This document shows, piece by piece, positions 13,653 through 25,570 of a stretch of 64,000 nucleotides of DNA. The DNA is from Chiloscyllium plagiosum (taxonomy: Eukaryota). The stretch covers positions 36,579,809 to 36,643,808 of the forward strand of contig NC_057718.1 of assembly GCF_004010195.1 (NCBI RefSeq). Direction: 5' to 3'. Position 1 is the first letter of the stretch. The number at the start of each line of letters is the position of its first letter. The notes under the pieces were generated by a model that was given only the letters and a program-made list of their open reading frames with translations, was not told the DNA's origin and made no database searches. Position numbers and translations under genes: made by a program.

Positions 13653-13879
13653 TAAAAGCAAATTATTGCGGATGCTGGAATCTGAAACCAAAAGAGAAAA
13701 TGCTGGAAAATCTCAGCAGGTCTGGCAGCATCTGTAAGGAGAGAAAAGAGCTGACGTTTCAAGTCTAACTGACCCTTTGTCAAAGCTTTGACAAAGAGTC
13801 AGTTAGACTCGAAACTTCAGCTCTTTTCTCTCCTTACAGATGCTGCTAGACCTGCTGAGACTTCCCAGCATTTTCTCTA
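13653..13879. mobile_element. Palindromic Penelope-like mini-element inserted in the CR1
   Basis: Near-perfect hairpin centred at about 13785; 14-bp TSD gtgatctatatgga at 13639-13652 and 13880-13893. Confidence 0.85.
13749..13787 (-). ncRNA. Minimal hammerhead ribozyme motif with U3-A8 core variant
   Basis: AGCU-UUGACAA-A-GGGUC agUUa GACUU-GAAA-C-GUC-AGCU. Confidence 0.6.
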
Positions 13880-16800
13880 GTGATCTATATGGACTTCAGT
13901 AAGGCGTTCAACAAGGTTCCTCGTGGTAGACTGGGTAGCAAGGTTAGCTCTCACAGAATACAGAGAAAAGTAGTCATTTGGATACAGAACTGGCTCGAAG
14001 GTAGAAGTCAGAGAGTGGTGGTGGGAGGTTGGTTTTCAGACTGGAGGCCTGTGACCAGTGGAGTGCCACAAGGATTGGTGCTGGGTCCACTGCTTTTCGT
14101 TATTTATATAAATGATTTGGATGTGAACATAGGAGGTATAATTAGTAAATTTGCAGATGACACCAAAATTGGAGGTGTAGTGGACAGCAAAGAAGGTTGT
14201 CTCAGATTACAACAGGACCTTGATCAAATGGGCCAGTGGGCTGAGGAGTGGGAGTGGCGGATGGAGTTTAATTTAGATAAAATGTGAGGTGCTGCATTTT
14301 GGAAAGGTAAATCAGAGCAGAACTTATACACTTAATGGTAAGGTCCTGGGGAGTGTTGCTGAACAAAGACCTTGGAGTGCAGGCTCATAGCTCCTTGAAA
14401 GTAGAGACACAGGTTGATAGGATAGTGAAGGTGGTGTTTGGTAATGCTTTCCTTTATTGGTCAGAGTATTGAGTACAGGAGTTGGGAGATCATGTTGCGG
14501 CTGTACAAGGCATTGGTTAGGCCACTGTTGGAATATTGCGTGCAATTCTGGTCTCCTTCGTATCAAAAAGATGTTGTGAAACTCAAAAGGGTTCAGAAAA
14601 GATCGACAAGGATGTTGCCAGGGTTGGAGGATGTGAGCTATAGGGGGAGGCTGAATAGGCTGGGGCGGTTTTCCCTGAAGCTTCGGAGGCTGAGGGGTAC
14701 CTTATAGAAGTTTGTAAAATCATGAGGGGCATGGATAGGATAAATAGACTAGGCCTTTTGCCTGGGGTGGGTGAGTCCAGGACTAGAGGTTTACGGTGAG
14801 TGGGGAAAAATTTAAAAGGGACACTTATAGAAGTTTGTAAAATCATGAGGGGCATGGATAGGATAAATAGACTAGGCCTTTTGCCTGGGGTGGGTGAGTC
14901 CAGGACTAGAGGGCATAGGTTTACGGTGAGTGGGGAAAAATTTAAAAGGGACATAAGGAGCAACTTTTTCACGCAGAGGGTAATGTGTGCGTGGAATGAG
15001 CTGACAGAGGAAGTGGTGGAGGCTGGCACAATAACAGCATTAAAAAGACATTTGGTTGGGTATATAAATAGGAAGTATTTAGAAGGATATGGGCCGGGTG
15101 CTGGCAGGTGGGACTAGATTGGGTTGGGATACCTGGTCGGCATGGACGGGTTGGACCGAACAGTCTATTTCCATGCTGTATATCTCTATGACTTTATGAC
15201 TCTATGACTCTAAATGAGACTACATTAGGTTAGGAAATCTCGTCAGCATTGACAAGTTGGACTGAAGGGTCTGTTTCTGTACTATATATCTCTATAATTC
15301 TATGACTTAAGTGTAAAACTGATGCCCTTCAAATATTTAAAACTAGTATCAAAATGAAGCTGCAATGTATTCAAGAACATAATACATATTTTTGCTTCTG
15401 CGACTTATTTGTTAGCAGTTTCTATCGGTATCTGTTATTTTTCCATTCATACATTTTGAATTGTGTTGCTATGTCAGAAAGACTTTTCAGTCAAATATAG
15501 CTAGATTTATTAATTAAGTTCAAATTTAAATGTTGGAATGAGATTATAACTTACGACTCCCTTTTGTTTTACCAGTAGTCAGGCTAACAAATACAGGTAT
15601 ACACAAACACTTATGGAACAATTATTCTTGTCTGCACCTAACGTCAATGACATCAAATGTCGTTGCGAGAAGCTGGACGTGTGGGCTAAGAGATTACAGA
15701 AGCAGACTAATGGAAGAAGTCTAAAACAAGACGGTCAGTCAATGAGTTGGAGGGGGTGGTGTTTGGGATTAGTCATCATAGTTGCAGAGGAAAGCAGATA
15801 TCTAGGCTTCCTAGTACGAAGACAGATTAAATTAAGGTTTATGATTTGCAACAGGAAAACATCACAAAACTGCACATATAGCGCCTCGAAAACCAAATGG
15901 CTACTCAATGACTTTCAGGGTGGCAACTTCTTAAAGTTGTACAGAGCTCCACCATCAATGCTGTGCCCTCAGAACAGGATGTCTCCACTCCATTAAGTTC
16001 AACTGATCCGTAACCATGGGAAAAGAATTAGAAATACAGCCATGGCTAATCTGGTGCGATTCATTTAATGCTAATGCATAATGCCACCATTATAAAAAGA
16101 AAACAGAAAAAAAATAAATGTATGGTTGACAGGGACCAAAACGTCCTGCTGCAATCAAAGTTGCTTTCCCCACCGGAGACACAAGTGATAGCAGGTACCC
16201 ACTGACAATTACTCTCCTTAATTATTTGCTTTATTAAATGTGCATGCATCTCTGTTTGATGAAAGAAATTCAGCTTTAATCCTTGAAAAACTTGTTGGGT
16301 CACTAAGAGTACAACAATATGGCTCAAAGCACAGCACTCTCTCTGAAATCAACAAAACAAAAACTTGATTTCAGATTAAGGAAACAGGGAGTTACTTTAA
16401 CTGAAAAATAACATCCTGCTGGATAGATCTGGCAACGCCCTGTTATGGGAAATTCTGTGTCTTTAATTTTGAATAGATTAAGTAGTTTTAAATGTCTAAA
16501 CAAATCAGTGATACACTTGTTCAGTAGACTGATGCCTTGAATAATTTCAAACTGTACTTAAGGGTCTCTCTGTATTAAGATCAGCTGAAAGATGTTGATT
16601 TGGTGGTCTTCGCGAAAACAGTAAAATATGTTCCCGAATGGAGGACAAATGTCTACTTTTTTTAGACATTGGTTATCTAAAAGCTGCAATCTTCACAAAA
16701 ATAACTTTTAACATTAAATGCAAACTGAGGATTATGAAAGGTTGAGAGCATTGTGATCTCTGACAGCAAGTATTGGGAGTTACAGAAGTTAACCAATACA

Positions 16801-18191
16801 TGGATCATAATTCCCCCATGGTGTTGCACTCAAAGTTCCTGACCTCTGAAACAGCCATTCTATTGTTTTAACATTTTCTTTCATACTAGCTGTCTCAATC
16901 AGTTGTATACAAAGCTCCAAGCACTTGTGCGTTTCTTTTTGGCAAACACCATTGTTGATTACTTGCTGACCTTGGTGTGATTTGTCACGGTCTTGGATAT
17001 TTGTGCATTAGGTCTCTTATTTCATTCTCTCCCTTGATTGTTTGTACATCTTCAGATATCCCTGATATCCTGTTTCTTCAGTCTCCTAGTGTATGTCTTC
17101 TACAGTTGCAGTTTTTGTTTGTCTATTCTTTGGAACCTATCAGTTTTACCTGAATTAATACAGCTGATAGTAACTGAGCAGAATTTAAGTGTGGTAACCA
17201 AAGCAACAAACCAGTTGGCCCTACAGAGTGAGAAACCATAAAGATCCAAGATTCACCTGCATATTCTCTCAACAACTTCCACTAAAAACTGGCCAAATGG
17301 CACCATTGCCAGTGGGAGGTAGAGCCCTTGCAACTGGATAGGTAAACATGCTGGAAGGTAAACACAGATGTATAGCTGATGGAGGGATGCCCCAACTACC
17401 AGGAAGAGTCATTCAAAATTTTGGCCTTCCCTAACCTAGGCTTTCCAATTTTCTTCCCTTCTAATCTATATTGACCGTGCAAACTTTGGAGTTTAATCCA
17501 GAATCACAACACATTATCAGAATAGATGCGATTGAGACTGAATAACTGGGAGAATGGAATGGAGTCTTTACAGGAATTGCAGTGTGAGGGTGTCAGTGGA
17601 TTTGTAGTGAATATTGGTGGTCGATCTATCCCAAGAAATAGGAACACTGATGTCGAGGAAAGAATTGAGTAATCAGGTATGGATTTGGTACTTTGTCCTG
17701 ATCATTTCCATCTGTGGCTTGGTATCAATTTTGATTATGTGCTTTTTAAGCATATTTGCAGTGTATTACTATATTAAGGATTCTATACCATACATTAGTA
17801 ACATATATAAATATTTTCCCTTCACTTGACTGTGTACTCAAATGTTAGTTTCTCACTGATATAGTCTCCTTTATCAATTTATCTCACTTTGTTCACTCCA
17901 TTATCTTGCTCAGGCATTTCTATTCTTTTCTCTGTGCCCACATCACCTATCTGTGCTTCCCTCCACACATCCATGTCTGTATCTCTGAACCTGTGGTTTC
18001 ACACATATCTGTAACGGTTTTGGTGTAAATATTATGCCCAACTGGCAAAAGGTAGTATTTTCCTGGAATTAGTAGCCTACCACATATTCCTCTATATTAA
18101 GTGTAAACTCCCGCAGCAAGAAAGGCTGAAGATAAATGTAATATAAATTATCTTGAAACAGGCAAATCAGAATGGCTAATATGCATTGGAG

Positions 18192-18268
18192 CTGGAAATG
18201 TGTTGCTGCAAAAGCGCAGCATCCAGGGAACAGGAGAATCGACGTTTCGGGCATAAGCCCTTCTTCAG
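18192..18268 (-). mobile_element. Very short Penelope-like tail insertion
   Basis: 13-bp TSD atatgcattggag; contains CTGAAGAAGGGCTTATGCCCGAAACGTC. Confidence 0.75.
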
Positions 18269-18689
18269 ATATGCATTGGAGGAGGATGAAGAGCTTCAGG
18301 GAGAGAGGAGAGTTACGCGACATAAAGAACCGCAGAGAAGGCAGAGCTATATGAGAAAGTGATGAGAGGATAGAATGATTGAAATGGGTGAAAAAAAGGA
18401 TGGCACAATAAAGCAAGGGTGGTGAGGGAAGGTTGCAGGATATCCAAAAGGAAACAGAGCAGCAGGACATTTGTCGAGAATATAGTGTGCTGCCAAAATT
18501 GTGATATCAAAGATGGAGAGCAGGTTTGGAGGCTAATAGGTGATGGAAAGCACACCAGTAAGCTGGGTGATTACCTCAGGCATAGGCAGTTAAAAAGCTA
18601 TTTCTGCTGGTTGGGAAGACTAAGACAAGGGAGTATAGCTATGATTTGGGGATGCCAACCAGCTGAGCTCAGGACATCAATGCAAGAGT

Positions 18690-19330
18690 TCCTTAGAGTA
18701 ACATGCTAGACAGAATACTCTTCAGCTTCTTCATTGATGACCTGTCTTCTATCGTAAGGTCAGAAGTAGGAATGCTTGATGGTTGTAGAAGGTTCACGTG
18801 AGTCATTTTAGGATGAAAAGATTTATCTTATAAAACAAGATTATAGGTGTGATTAGGAATTTGGAAGAATAAAAGGTTACCTATTAAAACAAACCTGAAT
18901 CATTTAAAATAAGATCTTGAGTTGAATGGATGAGGTGGCTACCCAGAGGATGTTCCCTCTTGTTGGGGAACTTCCTATGTAAGACAGAAATGAGGTTATT
19001 TTTCTCAGAGGATCATCAGAATGTGGAATTCTCTTCCCCAGAAAGTAGTGCAGACTAGGTCTTCAGATATATCCAAGGCCGAGTTAGAAAGATTTTTCAT
19101 AGACAAGGAGTCAATGGTTATGAAAATTACAACAGGATGGTGGAACTGAGATTATAATCTGATCCTCCATGATTTTATTGCATGGTGCAGCAGGCTCAAA
19201 GGGCGAAATGGTCTATCCCACTCTCAGGTCTTATAGTTGCAGTGTATATAATATTCGCAACTCATCCCATATGGAAGCAGTCTGTGTCCACATGCAGCTA
19301 GACCTGTACAGCATTCAGGTTTGGATTAAT
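18690..19330 (+). mobile_element. Decayed LINE fragments (CR1 3' end within an older LINE RT piece)
   Basis: tggaattctcttccccagaaag and ggctcaaagggcgaaatggtcta CR1 3' motifs. Confidence 0.55.
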
Positions 19331-19336
19331 ATATTC

Positions 19337-19707
19337 AAAGTTTGTGAGAAGATTTGTAGCTCAGGTGCTCGTTGTTGTGGTTCTGTTCGCCGAGCTGGGA
19401 ATTTGTGTTGCAGACGTTTCGTCCCCTGTCTAGGTGACATCCTCAGTGCTTGGGAGCCTCCTGTGAAGCGTTTCTGTGATGTTTCCTCCGGCATTTATAG
19501 TGGTTTGTCTCTGCTGCTTCCAGTTGTCAGTTCCAGCTGTCCGTTGCAGTGGTCGGTATATTGGGTCCAGGTCAATGTGCTTATTGATTGAATCTGTGGA
19601 TGAGTGCCATGCCTCTAGCAATTCCCTGGTTGTTCTCTGTTTGGCTTGTCCTATAATAGTAGTGTTGTCCCAGTCGAACTCATGTTGCTTGTCATCTGAG
19701 TGTGTAC
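19337..19707 (-). mobile_element. Penelope (Poseidon-like) 3' fragment: GIY-YIG C-terminus plus tail
   Basis: HEFDWDNTTIIGQAKQRTTRELLEAWHS...INKHIDLDPIY in ORF 19430..19930. Confidence 0.88.
19410..19449 (-). ncRNA. Minimal type I hammerhead ribozyme motif
   Basis: GCA-CUGAGGA-U-GUCaCCU agac AGGgGAC-GAAA-C-GUC-UGC: both conserved boxes, stem I, stem II and a GUC triplet are present. Confidence 0.75.
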
Positions 19708-20189
19708 CATTGATTGTTTCAGTGATAATTAAGGAAATAGAAGAGACAATGAAAAAAATGCCTTCTACTAAAATACCAACAAATCCAGGTCCAGATAGTC
19801 TATGTCCTACAGTTCTTAAAGAAACATCTGCAGAGATAGTACATGCACTCGTAAAGATTTTACAAAAGAACTCTAGGACATAGACTATCTGGACCTGGAT
19901 TTGTTGGTATTTTAGTTCAAGTTTCTTCAATGCTTTTTCTCAATTGACAATGTTTAGGTTGTGCACTCTTATTTGCCCTTGTATTTCTGACACCACATTT
20001 ATATGGTGTCGACCGTCATAGTAGGATGTCCACATTCCAAGAACAAATAAGAAAAATTCTAGAACCAAGGTAGTTATTGACGCTTAGGAAATCAAAAGTA
20101 TTTGACACACTGCTGGTCTGGTATATATTTATACTCTGACATCCCATCGAACAGAATGAAACATTCCAGATTTACTGATGAAGGTTTCA

Positions 20190-20350
20190 CGAGGTTGAAC
20201 TATTGGCTTATAGAAGTTGGCTGGACAGCTAGTTTGTAACGCTGAAGATTGGATTCCACTTCCACAACAGCTGAGGTTACCATGAAGAACTCCCCTTCTC
20301 AATCTCTTCCCCTCACCCAAGATATGGGGATCCTCAGGCAAAACCATGTG
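20190..20350 (+). mobile_element. Old SINE-like fragment
   Basis: cagctgaggttaccatgaag...cttctcaa...cccct is shared in reverse with 61300-61500. Confidence 0.55.
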
Positions 20351-20867
20351 GTAATTTTATTTTTATTTGTACCTCTTGAAACATATTTGTGTCCTTCAAT
20401 TATTCATCTTTGTCTCTAAAATGAAGCAAACTTACTTCAGTTTTGAAGAAATGTTTACAGTTACTATTATGTTGAGCAAAGTTAACTGCTGCATTTTTAA
20501 CTGATGATATTCAACAAGAGAAAACGCAATGTCAAAACACACTGAGTGGAAGCAGGGAAATCTCAGCTAAATTTAGACAACATGGAACTAGACACTGAGC
20601 TGGAGTATTTCAATCTCAAAACATAACCTTCAATACAAATCCTGAAGACAACAAAATATGCTGAAATGCCTCTTCACAATAGCATAATAGATAGCGCATA
20701 CAAGACAAAGTTCTGGAGTACAAAAGACCTAATTTTATGACCTGTTCCTCAAGAGAAACATCACTGGATTTATCCTTGGGAGTACTGATTTTTTTTTATT
20801 GAAAACCACTTGAATGGTATAACAAGATAATTTACCCAGCTCTAACATTAAGGCAAGTACATACATA

Positions 20868-20883
20868 CATGCATGCATGCATG
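20868..20883 (-). promoter_or_regulatory. Cluster of three overlapping UGCAUG (RBFOX-type) motifs about 140 nt downstream of the 33-nt exon
   Basis: catgcatgcatgcatg is self-complementary and gives TGCATG three times on the transcribed strand. Confidence 0.5.
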
Positions 20884-21023
20884 TGCTAAGTTCATGAACT
20901 AATAGCTTAATTCCTATACAGTTAATGCTTTACAATTCTGGGTCCCAGCAAGTCAGTACAGAAAAATAGACTGCAGAAGCTAAAGTGAGAAAGCAGCTTT
21001 TAGGATGTTTGGTTGGTACTTAC

Positions 21024-21056
21024 CTTGGCTGTAGGCTCCACGTCGTGAACTTTGGG
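21024..21056 (-). CDS. eml4: EML4 33-nt cassette exon (human exon 6b equivalent): AQSSRRGAYSQ
   Basis: Acceptor tctctgtcttatggtcag and donor gtaagt. Symmetric phase 1-1, open frame. Same length and position as human exon 6b (AKMSTREKNSQ, recalled), with the same A...SQ ends. Confidence 0.85.
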
Positions 21057-21599
21057 CTGACCATAAGACAGAGATAAAACAACTTAAAACAAATCAATAT
21101 ATGCAAAATCACTACCAACCATTAACTGAAAACTCAAACTAAATTAAAAATAAATAAAGTGATGAGTGGAAAGACAGAAAACATACTAAGTAATAAATTA
21201 AGTGAACACAGGAAAAAAATCATAAGAGTCTAGTTATCCCATTATATTCATCATCTAATACTCTCCCCATGACAACATCCAACAGTTCCTTGAACTACCC
21301 AATATTTGACTTTACTGCACAACTGACATTTCTCCCAAAATTTACCTTTAGAGCAAAGATATCCTTCCGGATACCTGCTGAATTGATGTTGCATCATATC
21401 AATTTTTATTGTTGGATCTTAACTTTCTTTGCTTACCTTATCTAAACAATTTAATACTTTACACATCTGATGAGGTCTCATTTTAGTCTTGTATATTGTG
21501 AAATATAAAGCAGACATTTCTGATATCTTCTGATAGCTTGTCAGTTTTAAATTTGAAATTATTCTGATTGCTCTTTTCCACATCTTTTCAATTAGTGCC

Positions 21600-21935
21600 T
21601 GGGGAGCAATGATGTAGTAATCCAGAATCCCAGGTTAATGTTCTGAGTACATGGGCTTGAATCGCACCATGATAGTGAAATTTGAATTCAATAAAATCTC
21701 AAAGAGGAAGCTGTCTTAATTGCGACTATGTATGCATTGTTGATTGTTGTAAAAACCCACCGGGATCATTAATGCTCTTTAGGGAGGGATATCTTCCATC
21801 GTACTTAATCTGGCCTATGTGTGACTACAGACCCACAGCAATGTGGGACTGGCTCTTAAATGCCCTCTGGGGGCAATTAGGGATGGGCAATAAATGCTGG
21901 CCTGGTCAGTTATGTCCTGACGCCAGAAATAATTT
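21600..21935 (+). mobile_element. tRNA-derived SINE whose 3' tail matches the LINE at 1750
   Basis: Decayed A/B boxes. The tail gggcaattagggatgggcaataaatgctggcc is the reverse complement of the LINE end at about 1780-1820. Confidence 0.7.
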
Positions 21936-22154
21936 TTTAAAAAGTGACGATCAAAGGCAACTTTACTTTTTGTGCGATTCAATCATCAATCATCAGATTG
22001 TGAAACTTCAGCAAGATTTCTGTTTCGTTTATGGTTCTTGGTATATCTTCTGTCGTTCTATTTATTGGATTTTAAAAACAATTTCAGTACAATGTCTGGA
22101 TATAGACAGTGTTAATTATTGCTGCCCATGTTAGTTTCTAAACCTGTTTTGATT

Positions 22155-22226
22155 CATAGAACATAGAACAACACAGCGCAGAACAGGCCCTTCGGCCCTC
22201 GATGTTGCGCCGACCTGTGAACTATT
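22155..22226 (-). mobile_element. CR1 3' tail fragment
   Basis: catagaacatagaaca...aggcccttcggccc terminal motif. Confidence 0.7.
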
Positions 22227-23353
22227 CAATCTGATTAACTGCATACTATAGCATAGTTTACAGCCTACCTGCAGTACTTTGCTCCTATTCATGAAAGTAT
22301 TTAACTTACTGTTAACCTAACTGCATCACTAATCTAGATTCAATAATACTGCTGCTATTTTCTTTCAGAGTTAACTCGTTAGATTTCTGTGTACTGTAGA
22401 TTAGAAACAAAAGGAGTCCAGCCACTTACTCCTGTAGATCTGACGTTACACAGCTCATGAAAATATTGCTTCCAATTTATAGCCAATCCTATTTATGCTT
22501 CTGGTTCCACTAACTTAATTTAAGCATCAGTCTTTCATGTGAAACCTCCACAAAGATTACTGTAAAAAAAAAGTGAAAATCATACCCTAGATGGTCTTAC
22601 TACCTACTTCAAATATGTGCAAAAAAGTTTCTGTGGTTAGGATGATTCCCATCTACACATTAAGGGCTGTTTTTAGTAAAAATGCTATGCAGTTACTATT
22701 TTTTTTTGTTACCAACATCAAATGGACCTGTTGTTACTGATTTATTTTTTGTATTCAGTTTTGCGCAACATCATAAGTGCTCACTGATTCTTCTCTAACA
22801 ACAGTCACAGACTCATAAATCTGCTTCAACGTTTCAAGATATGTATCATCCGGCTCAAGGCATCATTAACAATAATTCCTTCCTAACTGATCAAATAATT
22901 TTGCTGCAAAAACTTTCCAATAATCTGATTTTATCGCAATCTCACCCTGCACAACATTGTTCACCTTTAAACATATTGCTCATTCTGGGATATTCCAAAA
23001 TACATTATCTTATCAATAGAAGTGTCATTTTATTCATTTGCACAGCACAAAAGCTATTTCATAAATATAATCAAAGTACAAAGATTTTTGAAAAATTTAA
23101 AGTTACAATGAATTCAAATCATAGAAAAGCATTAAACCTTAAATGATTGCCTCTCTTTATAGTCTCTTTGCAAGATTCAGATCCTCATATTTTAATACAA
23201 AACTATGAACTATTTTGTAACTATGAATTGAACTAACAGATTCAATTTCAACTACTTTTAATATGGATAAACAAATTAAATGTGTTATGGATTATTCAAG
23301 AGTCGACAATTAAAGTTTTGCAAGCATAGATAATTGAAAATTTTTGTTTTTAC

Positions 23354-23379
23354 CTTGACTGATAGGTGGTTCCTTAAAT
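23354..23379 (-). CDS. eml4: EML4 26-nt exon (human exon 6/6a equivalent): (K)FKEPPISQ
   Basis: Acceptor ttttgtttgccag, donor gtaaaa. Phase 2 in and phase 1 out, exactly bridging the 129-nt exon to the 33-nt or 124-nt exon. Aligns to human KHKDVIINQ. Confidence 0.88.
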
Positions 23380-23734
23380 CTGGCAAACAAAAGGAATAAA
23401 GTATTTAAGTGAAATTCAAACAACCAGCCCTTAGACAAATCAGAATAAGCATAACACACCAAATGTACTTGTCAATCTAACTTAAAAGACTATCTCCAAT
23501 GCTTGGTCAAAAATCCAAACTCTTCCTATTTACTACTTACATTCCACAAAAATTAATGTTGCCCAGATGCAAACACATTCAACCACAGAATTATAAAATA
23601 GTACGCCAAAGATAATTGCTCAGTTCATGCCTGCACATTTAAGCACAGAGTGTCAAGGCTACCACCTCAGTGGTGGGCATTACGTTCCTGCCAATACAAT
23701 CCACTAATATGGCAACAAGTTATGAGAAAGGTTA

Positions 23735-24432
23735 GGAGAAAGTGAGGACTGCAGATGCTGGAGATCAGAGCTGAAAAACGTGTTGCTGGAAAAGCGCAGC
23801 AGGTCAGGCAGCATCCAAGGAGCAGGAGAATCGCCGTTTCTCGAAGGTGTGCCAAGCAGGCTAAGATAAAAGGTAGGGAGGACGGTCTTGGGGAGGGGCA
23901 TTGGGAATGCGATAGGTGGAAGGAGGTTAAGGTGAGGGTGATAGGCCAGAGAAGGGGTAGGGGCGGAGAGGTCGGGAAGAAGATTGCTGGTCAAGAAGGC
24001 GGTGCTGAGGCCAAGGGTTGGGACTGAGATAAGGTGGGGGGAGAAGAAATGAGGAAGCTGGAGAAATCTGCATTCATCCCTTGTGGTTGGAGGGTTCCTA
24101 GGCAGAAGATGAGGCGATCTTCCTCCAGGCATCGTGTTGCCATGGTGTGGCGATGGAGGAGGCCAAGGAGAAGAAATGAGGAAGCTGGAGAAATCTGCAT
24201 TCATCCCTTGTGGTTGGAGGGTTCCTAGGCGGAAGATGAGGCATTCTTCCTCCAGGCATCGTGTTGCCATGGTCTGGCGATGGAGGCGGCCAAGGACCTG
24301 CATGTCATTGGCGGAGTGGGAGGGGGAGTTAAAGTGTTCAGCCGCAGGGCGGTTGGGTTGGTTGGTGCAGGTGTCCCAGAGGTTATCTTTGAAACGTTCC
24401 GCAAGTAGGCGGCCTGTCTCCCCAATGTACAG
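23735..24432 (-). mobile_element. Penelope-like 3' part (GIY-YIG C-terminus plus tail) with internal tandem duplication of about 127 bp
   Basis: RCLEEECLIFRLGTLQPQGMNADF occurs twice; gagaaaggt flanks both ends. Confidence 0.85.
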
Positions 24433-24799
24433 GAGAAAGGTATAGCTCAGTTAAACTTACAAGTAATTGTCACTGCAGAGAATATATACAATTGTACAGC
24501 ATCTAGAGAAGTTAAGACATCAATGGGCATTAGGGATTGGAGTAAAATCTCCAATAAGCTTAAGCTGATGCTCTAGAATAAGCAAACAAACTTAGGAGAA
24601 TCAGGCACTTAGTCACAGTTAGAAAATGAAATTGCAAAATATGTCAATGATAGACTCCAGATCTATCCAAATGTTTGTCCTGAAACAAGTCAGAAAATTA
24701 GCAAAAGCAGATTTCAAAGCCATCCCTGGATGGTGTATCATTTTATGACAAACATTTTGCACTGTAACAGAAGGCCAAGTTTCATAGTAACTTCCTTCA

Positions 24800-25570
24800 G
24801 AATTTGATGTCAGGAGTATTACATACCACTGGCTCAAATTCAAACATCCAGAGAAGAATTGATTCAGATAAGTTTGTACTGGGAACAATACAATGCTTCT
24901 GTGAATATGACATGTCAGCTAATGAAACACAGAGAAGTTTGGGAGAGAAAGCATTAATACTAGTGAAGACAACTGGCCATGAAGAGAGTAAAATTACCAT
25001 TGAGCTGTCGCATATATTCGATGGAACAAAGCTGAAACAATGGTGATATCAAAGAGAAAAACTCTCCCAAAACAACAAATTCCAAAAGGAACCACTTAAC
25101 ATTCATGATAAAAGATGGATGGAAGCAAGGTGTCTTGAAAATATGGCTGAGGAAGGTTTGGAGTTGCCACCGAGGAGAACAATGTAAAGAAAAAAAAAAG
25201 TCTCCTCATCTAGAACTTACTCAGATCACATATGGTCAATGTCGCTGAACTAAGATGGCAAAACAGAGATACTGCAGTGATTCAAAGTAGTCTACCTAGC
25301 TTTACTCAACCAGTGGGTGTATTTCTAAATAAGCTCTTCATGGATAGTGTGAGGAAAAAAGTGGAATGATGGGATGATTGAAAGACAGAAGGCATTGACC
25401 TCTGGAGGCTATGCAAGGGCTCTGAAAATGACTCACTGATGTGAATAGGTTGCAGAGGCCTGGGATGAAAGGAAAGTGGAAATTGCTGTTAAATCTTTCA
25501 GTAAATATGGACCATCCAATGGTACTGATGATACAGATGATGATTATTGGCTGATGATGTCATAAAGATT
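24800..25570 (+). mobile_element. Decayed pogo/Tigger-type (DDE_1) transposase remnant
   Basis: GEKALILVKTTGHEESKITIELS..DGTKL resembles the pogo-type G.K.V..KTTGHEK..FTV.L...ADG.KL motif; stops and frameshifts follow. Confidence 0.6.

Larger units (their letters stand above)
13545..15310 (+). mobile_element. HER1/CR1 LINE, 5'-truncated RT region and 3' UTR, with frameshifts
   Basis: YMDFSKAF, GVPQG.VLGP, FADDTK and LEYCVQFWSP motifs; (ctatgact)n tail; internal tandem duplication of about 123 bp at 14700-14940. Confidence 0.95.

Noticed and set aside
19430..19930. 166-aa minus-strand ORF as a novel protein
   Set aside because: Chance fusion of antisense CR1 sequence, a local inversion and a Penelope fragment.
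23704..24445. Overlapping ORFs on both strands
   Set aside because: All derive from one Penelope fragment with an internal tandem duplication.
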